The notes below the pieces were generated by a model. The model was not told the DNA's origin. It did no database searches and saw only the letters and a list, made by a program, of their open reading frames with translations. The translations under genes and the position numbers were made by a program. Below are positions 58,087 to 64,000 of a stretch of DNA of 64,000 nucleotides, piece after piece (position 1 is the first letter of the stretch; the number at the start of each line of letters is the position of its first letter). Source of the stretch: Planctomycetota bacterium. GTDB taxonomy: Bacteria; Planctomycetota; UBA1135; UBA2386. The stretch is from NCBI GenBank assembly GCA_965223545.1, contig OZ245006.1:3520001-3584000 (forward strand), in the 5' to 3' direction.

Positions 58087-59355
58087 TCACTCGTGGCGCA
58101 GGGCCTGGATCGGGTTCATCTGCGCCGCCCGCCACGCGGGATACAAGCCGAACACGACGCCGGTCGAGCACGAAATCGCCAGTGACAGCGCTACCGCCCA
58201 CGCGGTGATCACCGGCGGCCATCCGGTAAACGTCTCGCCGACGAACGACATCGCCACGCCGAAGATCACTCCGAGCGCCCCGCCGATCGCGGCGAGGGTC
58301 ACGGTCTCGATCAAGAACTGCGTCGTGATGTCGCCTTGCGTCGCGCCGATGGCGCGCCGGATGCCGATCTCGCGCGTCCGCTCGGTGACACTGGCCAGCA
58401 TGATGTTGAGGATGCCGATGCCACCGACGAACAGCGAGATGCTGGCGATGATCAACAAGCCGATGTCGAACATCCGCTGTGCGCTCTGGCGCGAGGCCAA
58501 CAGCTCGAGCGGCACGGTCATGTCGTAGTCGCGCTTGGCGTGGTTCTTGACCAAGACCGCCTGCACGCACTTGGCGGCTTCCAGCACGTCGTTGGCGTCG
58601 GCCGCCTCGCACACCATCTGGTGCAGCTCGACGCGGCGGTTGGTGTAGCTCGACCCGGTGTACTCGATCTCTTGGAAGCCCAGCCGGTCCACCACCGTGT
58701 CGAACGGCGCGTAGACCTCGTAGCGGCGGTCGTCCACCCCCAGCGCGGTCTGCGCCATGCCGCGGAACTCGTAGTCCGGCAACACCCCGACGATGCGGTA
58801 GACGTCGCCGCCGACCTTGAGATCGAGCGTCAACGGATCGCCGGCAAATCCCAGCTCGCGCAACAGCCGCGCGCGCACGACACACACGCGCTTGCGCTCG
58901 GACTCGTCGCTCGGCGTCAGCGCCCGGCCGAACACCGGCCGCAAGTTCAGGTTGTCCAGATACTCGGGTTTGACGCCGCGCAGCGCGCCCGCGAGTCGCT
59001 TGCTGCGGAACCAGATCCAGCTCTTGCGCTCGTGGACCGGCAACACACGCGACACCAGTGGCACTGTTTCGCGGATCTGCTGGACGTCGTCGAAGGTCAG
59101 GCCGTAGCGCAGGATCGACGACTCTTCGGCGTTCGCCTTCTCCTCGGCCGGCGGCTCGACGGCGTTGACGATGATGTTGCGAATGCCCATCTCGCCGATC
59201 TCTTCCAGGATCTGGCGCCGGGCGCCCTCGCCCAGCGAGACCATCGCCATCACCGAGCCGATGCCGAACACGATGCCCATCGCGGTGAGGATCGAGCGGA
59301 GCTTGTGCCGGCCCAAGCTGCGCAGCGCCTCACCGAACATCTCCAGCTGGATCAC
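58087..59355 (-). CDS. ABC transporter permease (MacB/FtsX family)
   Basis: HKLRSILTAMGIVFG, VGGIGILNIMLASVTERTREIGIRRAIGA, YPAWRAAQMNPIQALRHE. Confidence 0.93.
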   Translation of the reverse strand: MIQLEMFGEALRSLGRHKLRSILTAMGIVFGIGSVMAMVSLGEGARRQILEEIGEMGIRNIIVNAVEPPAEEKANAEESSILRYGLTFDDVQQIRETVPLVSRVLPVHERKSWIWFRSKRLAGALRGVKPEYLDNLNLRPVFGRALTPSDESERKRVCVVRARLLRELGFAGDPLTLDLKVGGDVYRIVGVLPDYEFRGMAQTALGVDDRRYEVYAPFDTVVDRLGFQEIEYTGSSYTNRRVELHQMVCEAADANDVLEAAKCVQAVLVKNHAKRDYDMTVPLELLASRQSAQRMFDIGLLIIASISLFVGGIGILNIMLASVTERTREIGIRRAIGATQGDITTQFLIETVTLAAIGGALGVIFGVAMSFVGETFTGWPPVITAWAVALSLAISCSTGVVFGLYPAWRAAQMNPIQALRHE

Positions 59356-60083
59356 GGGCGCTCCCCGGCGGCGACGGGCTGGCGCTCGTCGATCTCGATC
59401 AGACCATCGCGAATGCCCACTCTGCGCGGCGCCGCCTCGGCGATCTCTCGGTCGTGCGTGATCATCACAATCGTCGCGCCCTGGTCGTGCAGCTCGCCGA
59501 ACAGCTCGAGGATCTGGGCTGAGGTCGAGGTGTCGAGGTTGCCGGTCGGCTCGTCGGCCAGCAGCATGGCCGGGTCGTTGACCAGCGCGCGTGCAATGGC
59601 GACGCGCTGGCACTCGCCACCGGAGAGCTGGTTGGGAAGGTGGGTCAGCCGGTGGGAAAGACCGACGCGCTCGATCATCGCCTCGCAGCGAGTGTGCCGC
59701 TCTCGCCGGGGCCGCCGCGCGTAGAACATCGGCAGCTCCACGTTCTCGCGGACGGTCAAATGGGGCACCAGCTGAAATGACTGGAACACGAAGCCGATGC
59801 GCGTGTTGCGAATCCGCGACAGCTCGCGGTCATCGACCGCAGCAATGTCGCTGCCTTCGAACCGGTACACTCCGGTGCTCGGGCGGTCGAGACAACCGAG
59901 AATGTTGAGCAACGTCGACTTGCCGGAACCCGACGGCCCGACCACGGTGACGTAGTCCCGCCGGCGCACGACCAAGTCGATGCCGCGCAGCACCGGCACC
60001 GGGTTGGCCGACGTGCCGTAGGTCTTGAACACCTCGTGCAGGGCCAGGACTTCGGCCGCCGCGTCCGGCGCGCCGGCCGTCAC
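59352..60083 (-). CDS. ABC transporter ATP-binding protein (MacB/LolD family)
   Basis: GPSGSGKST, IGFVFQSF, LSGGECQRVAIARAL, ADEPTGNLD. Confidence 0.95.
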   Translation of the reverse strand: MTAGAPDAAAEVLALHEVFKTYGTSANPVPVLRGIDLVVRRRDYVTVVGPSGSGKSTLLNILGCLDRPSTGVYRFEGSDIAAVDDRELSRIRNTRIGFVFQSFQLVPHLTVRENVELPMFYARRPRRERHTRCEAMIERVGLSHRLTHLPNQLSGGECQRVAIARALVNDPAMLLADEPTGNLDTSTSAQILELFGELHDQGATIVMITHDREIAEAAPRRVGIRDGLIEIDERQPVAAGERP

Positions 60084-61642
60084 GGACCGCCTTCCTGCGC
60101 GACCTCGACCTCGGCTGCGTCGTCGGCAGCGTTCTCGTCGGAGCCCGCCTCGGCGTCATCGCCGCTCTCTTCATGCTTGTCCCTGCTGTCCGGCGCCGCC
60201 AGCTTGGGATGGTACAGCAGCACCTTCTCGCCCGCCTCCAGCCCCTTGGAGACCTCGATGTACACATCGCTGCTGAGGCCGACCTCGACCGCGCGCCGCT
60301 CGACCTCGGAGCCGTTGGCGACGTGCACGAAGCGCTCACCGCCTTCCAAGAAGACACACTGCAGCGGTACGTAGACGACTTCTTCGAGGGTGTCGATCTG
60401 GATTTCGGCTTTGGCGCTGATGCCCGGCTTGAGCTCGTGCTCGTTGGGCACCGTGATCTCGACGTCAAACTTTTTGACGTTGCTGTTGCCGTACGGGTCG
60501 GAGCCGCCAGCGATCAGCGCCACCTTGGCCACTTCACCCTCGAGCACCAAGCCGGGATACGTGTCCATGGTGATCAGCGCGGTCAGCCCCTGCTTGACCT
60601 TGCTGATGTCCGCCTCGTGCACTTCGAGCTTGACCTGCATCACCGACAAAATCGGGATCGTCATCACCGTGTAGCCGCGGTACACCGAGCCGCCGATCTT
60701 GACTTCCTGGCGATACCACGGCTGCTTGGGGTCGCCGTAGACGACGATGCCGTCGGCCGGCGCCTTCAGCTCCATGCCGGCCAGGTCCTCCTTGGCCTGC
60801 TCGATGCGCTCTTCGAGCTGGCGCACGGCCTTCTCGGACTGCTGCACCCTGACCGTCTTCTCCGCGACCTCGGTCGTCGCGCGCTTCTCGGCGGTCTCCA
60901 GCGCCCGCCGTTGCTCCTCGACCGCGTTCTTCTTCTCCGCGGTGGTCATCGGCAGCGTGTACTTGTTGTGCAGCTTGATGCCGAGATCGGCCTCGTCCTT
61001 CTGCACCTCGGCCTTGCGGAACGCGATCTCGTGGTCCTCGAGCTCCGCTTGGTTGATGTACTTGAGCTCGATCAGCTTGCGCGAGTCCTCGAGCTTCTTC
61101 TTGGCCTTGTTGTACTGCGTCATCGCGTCGGCCAAGGCGATCTCCAGCTTGCGCATCTCCTGCGGCGCATCGCCCTGCTCGTAGCGTTCGAGCTCCTTCT
61201 CGGCCTTCGCCAGGGCGACTTTGGCGCCCTCGATCTTGGTGACGTTCTCGATCTTGGTAACTTCGAGCTGGGTCCGGTTGCCCTCGAGCTCGGTCTGCTT
61301 CGACAACAGCTGCATTTCGAGCTCTTCGAGCGCCTTCTCCGCATCCTTGGTGTCGAACTTGATGAGGACATCGTCCTTCTTGACGGCCTCGCCCTCAGGC
61401 ACCAGGAAAGTGATCTTGCCGGAGCCGCGGAACTCCGGCTTGATCTTCTCCGACTTCTGCGCGACCAGGTTGCCGGTCTCGGTCAGCGTCACGTTCAAGG
61501 TGCCCCGCCGAACGGTGTAGGTCGCCAGCTCGGCGTCGGCGTCCACCGGGGTGGCGAACACGGTGGCGTTGACGACCGCCCCCAGACCGGTCAATCCCGC
61601 AGCAATACCGACGACCAACAAGACAATCTTCTTCGCGCTCAT
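60080..61642 (-). CDS. Periplasmic adaptor (MacA/HlyD family)
   Basis: N-terminal TM, VPEGEAVKKDDVL, long coiled coil, LKAPADG, LKPGISA. ATGA-coupled. Confidence 0.88.
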   Translation of the reverse strand: MSAKKIVLLVVGIAAGLTGLGAVVNATVFATPVDADAELATYTVRRGTLNVTLTETGNLVAQKSEKIKPEFRGSGKITFLVPEGEAVKKDDVLIKFDTKDAEKALEELEMQLLSKQTELEGNRTQLEVTKIENVTKIEGAKVALAKAEKELERYEQGDAPQEMRKLEIALADAMTQYNKAKKKLEDSRKLIELKYINQAELEDHEIAFRKAEVQKDEADLGIKLHNKYTLPMTTAEKKNAVEEQRRALETAEKRATTEVAEKTVRVQQSEKAVRQLEERIEQAKEDLAGMELKAPADGIVVYGDPKQPWYRQEVKIGGSVYRGYTVMTIPILSVMQVKLEVHEADISKVKQGLTALITMDTYPGLVLEGEVAKVALIAGGSDPYGNSNVKKFDVEITVPNEHELKPGISAKAEIQIDTLEEVVYVPLQCVFLEGGERFVHVANGSEVERRAVEVGLSSDVYIEVSKGLEAGEKVLLYHPKLAAPDSRDKHEESGDDAEAGSDENAADDAAEVEVAQEGGP

Positions 61643-63294
61643 CGCCACATCCCGTCGTCGTCAACGAATAGAAGGCCCAGGTTGCGCAGCAGGCGCAGAC
61701 TCTGGATGAAGTGATCGGCCTTCAGGTTGATCAGCGCGTTGCGCGCGTTGACCAATGACTGCCGTGCATCGAGCAGGTCGCGGTTCTCGAGCTCACCGGC
61801 CTCGTACCGGATGGTGTTGATCGCCACTGCTTTCTCCTGCTGCTCGATCTGCTCGTGCTGCAGGATGATGCGCTTCTCGACGCTGCGCAGCTGGCGCAGC
61901 TGATCGCGCACGTCGAGATCGAGGTTCTCCAACCGCAGCTGGAACGCGCGCTCGGCCTGTTCGAGGCCGATGAGCGCGTTGCGGTAGCTGTTGCGCTCCG
62001 GCTTGCGCTGCAGCGGGATTTCCATGCTGATCCCCGCGGAGAGGTCCCAGTCGTCCGGCGAGGCGCCGCGCAGCCGGTCGTCCCCGCCGATGAAATTGGC
62101 ACCGACGCTGAGGCTGACGTCCGGCAGCAGGCTGTTCTCGGCGATCCGCACTCCGCGCCGCACATCCTCCAGCTGCTCGCGCTCGGTGAGCAGGTCGAGG
62201 CGATTGTTGCGCGCGGCGCGCACCGCCGACTCGACGTCGATCCGCACCGGATCGAACGGCGGCTCCTCGTCGACCAACTCGATCACCGCGGAGTCGGGCA
62301 GGCCGAGGTAGATCTTGAACTCCTCGATCGCGCGCTCGAAGCGGGCGCGCGCGTCGATGAGAGCGTCCTCGGCATCGATCTCGCGCGTGCGCGCGCGGAA
62401 CAGGTCCTGCTCCTTGATCCGGTCGACCTGCAGCAGAGCCTCGGCCTTCTGACGGTCGAAGACGGCTTGCTCGAAGTTCGCCTCTTCGTTGACCAAGGTC
62501 TTCTTCTGGCTGACCAGGTTGAAGAACCGCTGGGCGGTGTCGATCGAGAAGTCCTGCCGGAAGAGCTCGAAGTCGCGCACCGAGTAGACCAGGGAGCGCT
62601 CGGCCTGGGTCAGCGCCTCGTGCGAGATGTCGTAGCCGAAACCGCGCAGCAGGGGCTGGGTCAGATTGACGCCGACCGCCGAGCCGTAGCTCTGCTCGGC
62701 GCCGAACCCGATCCCCGCATCGCCCAGCGTGCGCGAGAGCGAGCCGTCGACCCCCACCGTGCCGCCAGTCGGCAGGATCTGACTCACGCCGAGGCGGCTG
62801 GAGATCGACGTCGAACGCGACCGGCTCTCGTCGACGCCATAGCCCGCACTGACCTGGCCATTGATCTGCGGGCCGAAGTTGAACCTGGTCAACGTGTGGC
62901 TCAAGCCAGCTTGGTAGAGCGATTCCCGCCGCCCCTTGAAGCCGCGATTGCTGGCCACCGCGATGCGCAACGCCTCCTCGAGGTCGACGACGTAGACCGC
63001 TTCTTGCGGTACCGCGTCCGCCGCGGCCACCCCAGCCGCCTCGTCCTCGGACTCCTGGTGGGGCACCTCCTCTTCGGAGAGCTCCTCTTCTGCCGGTTCC
63101 TCTTCCGGCGGTGCCTCTTCTGGAAGGGGCTCGGGCTCGATCAGGGTCGCGCGGCGCTCCGCCTCCATCACGCGAGTCGTCGGCTCCAGCACCGACGCCA
63201 CCTCGGCATCGGCGTCTTCGACCCACGCGGAGACGCCACAGCCAGAGGCGACCAGGGACAAAGGTACGACAGCGAGCCGGCAGACGGGGTTCAT
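61639..63294 (-). CDS. TolC family outer-membrane protein (lipoprotein)
   Basis: Lipobox ASGC, acidic linker, LTQPLLRG, LLPDV, IPL, YEAG...DLLDA. Confidence 0.88.
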   Translation of the reverse strand: MNPVCRLAVVPLSLVASGCGVSAWVEDADAEVASVLEPTTRVMEAERRATLIEPEPLPEEAPPEEEPAEEELSEEEVPHQESEDEAAGVAAADAVPQEAVYVVDLEEALRIAVASNRGFKGRRESLYQAGLSHTLTRFNFGPQINGQVSAGYGVDESRSRSTSISSRLGVSQILPTGGTVGVDGSLSRTLGDAGIGFGAEQSYGSAVGVNLTQPLLRGFGYDISHEALTQAERSLVYSVRDFELFRQDFSIDTAQRFFNLVSQKKTLVNEEANFEQAVFDRQKAEALLQVDRIKEQDLFRARTREIDAEDALIDARARFERAIEEFKIYLGLPDSAVIELVDEEPPFDPVRIDVESAVRAARNNRLDLLTEREQLEDVRRGVRIAENSLLPDVSLSVGANFIGGDDRLRGASPDDWDLSAGISMEIPLQRKPERNSYRNALIGLEQAERAFQLRLENLDLDVRDQLRQLRSVEKRIILQHEQIEQQEKAVAINTIRYEAGELENRDLLDARQSLVNARNALINLKADHFIQSLRLLRNLGLLFVDDDGMWR

Positions 63295-63505
63295 GCACGA
63301 CCTTGGCGGAGGGGACGACCCGCAGTGGACGCCCCGCGGGACTGCGAACTTCCCTGCCGACACAAACGTTGCGTCCGCAGCGGAGCAGACGGGCGCCGGC
63401 GCAATCGCCAACGGATACGGTAGGTCGTATACAGCAGGGGCAGGGGTCCTCGCGAGGTGGGTGCGAGCAGCAGGACGTCAGGCCTAACCCATCGTCAACG
63501 CAGAG

Positions 63506-63724
63506 TTACCAAGAAGGTTCGCCGTCGGCCTCGCCAGCGCGCAGGGCGCGCACCCGACGCTCCGCCGAACGGCCGGCACGACGGACGATTTCCAGGGCGC
63601 GCCGCGCCGCGTCCGCATCCGGTGCGGCCAGCGCCAGCTCCGCCTGCACCTCGATGGTCCCCAGCAGGTTGTTGATCGCGTGCACCAACGCGCGCACGCG
63701 GCGGTCTTCGACCGGATCGCCCAT
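63506..63724 (-). CDS. Small stand-alone HisKA/DHp-like protein
   Basis: LVHAINNLLGTI resembles the H-box (HDxNNxL), followed by a second helix. No ATPase domain. Confidence 0.5.
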   Translation of the reverse strand: MGDPVEDRRVRALVHAINNLLGTIEVQAELALAAPDADAARRALEIVRRAGRSAERRVRALRAGEADGEPSW

Positions 63725-63852
63725 CCGCTGCATCCTACCGCCACCGACCGCCGCGGCCGAGTGCCGCAACCATCATCACGCCTGTCGAGCAACGCGGCAG
63801 GGAAGTGGGTGACGCGCACCCCACAACCCCCACATGTGGCGGTGCGAGCGCT

Positions 63853-63868
63853 TGGCACTCGGCTTGCT
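63853..63868 (+). promoter_or_regulatory. Sigma-54 (-24/-12) promoter
   Basis: TGGCAC-TCGGC-TTGCT matches TGGCAC-N5-TTGC exactly, 16 nt upstream of ATG 63885. Confidence 0.7.
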
Positions 63869-63884
63869 AGACCGACAGGCGCCC

Positions 63885-64000
63885 ATGCATTGGCGCAAGA
63901 ACTCCCCCTGGCTACTGATCCCCCCGGCACTCGCCGTGGCCCTGGTCATCGGCCCACGATCACCGCTGACCGAAGCCGAACCCGCGCCGGCGGCCGCGGC
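63885..64000 (+). CDS. Partial CDS running off the window end, N-terminal TM/signal segment
   Basis: MHWRKNSPWLLIPPALAVALVIGP..., located after the sigma-54 promoter. Confidence 0.5.
   Translation, partial: MHWRKNSPWLLIPPALAVALVIGPRSPLTEAEPAPAAA

Overview
GC-rich bacterial chromosomal window. It is most consistent with an uncultured Planctomycetota-type genome, inferred from a PTPMT1-like phosphatase, a CxASR sulfatase and many secreted beta-sandwich proteins. There are about 49 CDS and no visible rRNA, tRNA, CRISPR array, transposase or integrase. Housekeeping genes include an acyl-CoA carboxylase beta subunit, pyrK, an ABC-F ATPase, recQ, argS, apt and menA, plus an RND efflux operon and a MacAB-TolC-like operon. 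The main signals are: (1) a likely UxxC selenoprotein, where an exported TlpA/thioredoxin-like gene is split by an in-frame TGA at 9969-9971; (2) a c-di-GMP-I riboswitch with a visible switching platform, preceded by a sigma-28-like promoter, in front of a non-flagellar fliA / CheD-like (Cys->Ser) / HDOD / CheC-like-REC gene set; (3) a ~9.6 kb accessory block bracketed by two related ~70-bp double-palindrome direct repeats, holding a translationally coupled halogenase, glycosyltransferase and NDP-sugar dehydratase plus a lower-GC 1273-aa PKD protein; (4) a ~110-135-aa C-terminal domain pattern shared by five otherwise unrelated proteins; (5) a structured intergenic region with its own terminator (candidate sRNA) at ~3750-4020. 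Start codons were chosen by eye and all functional calls come from motif recognition, not database searches.
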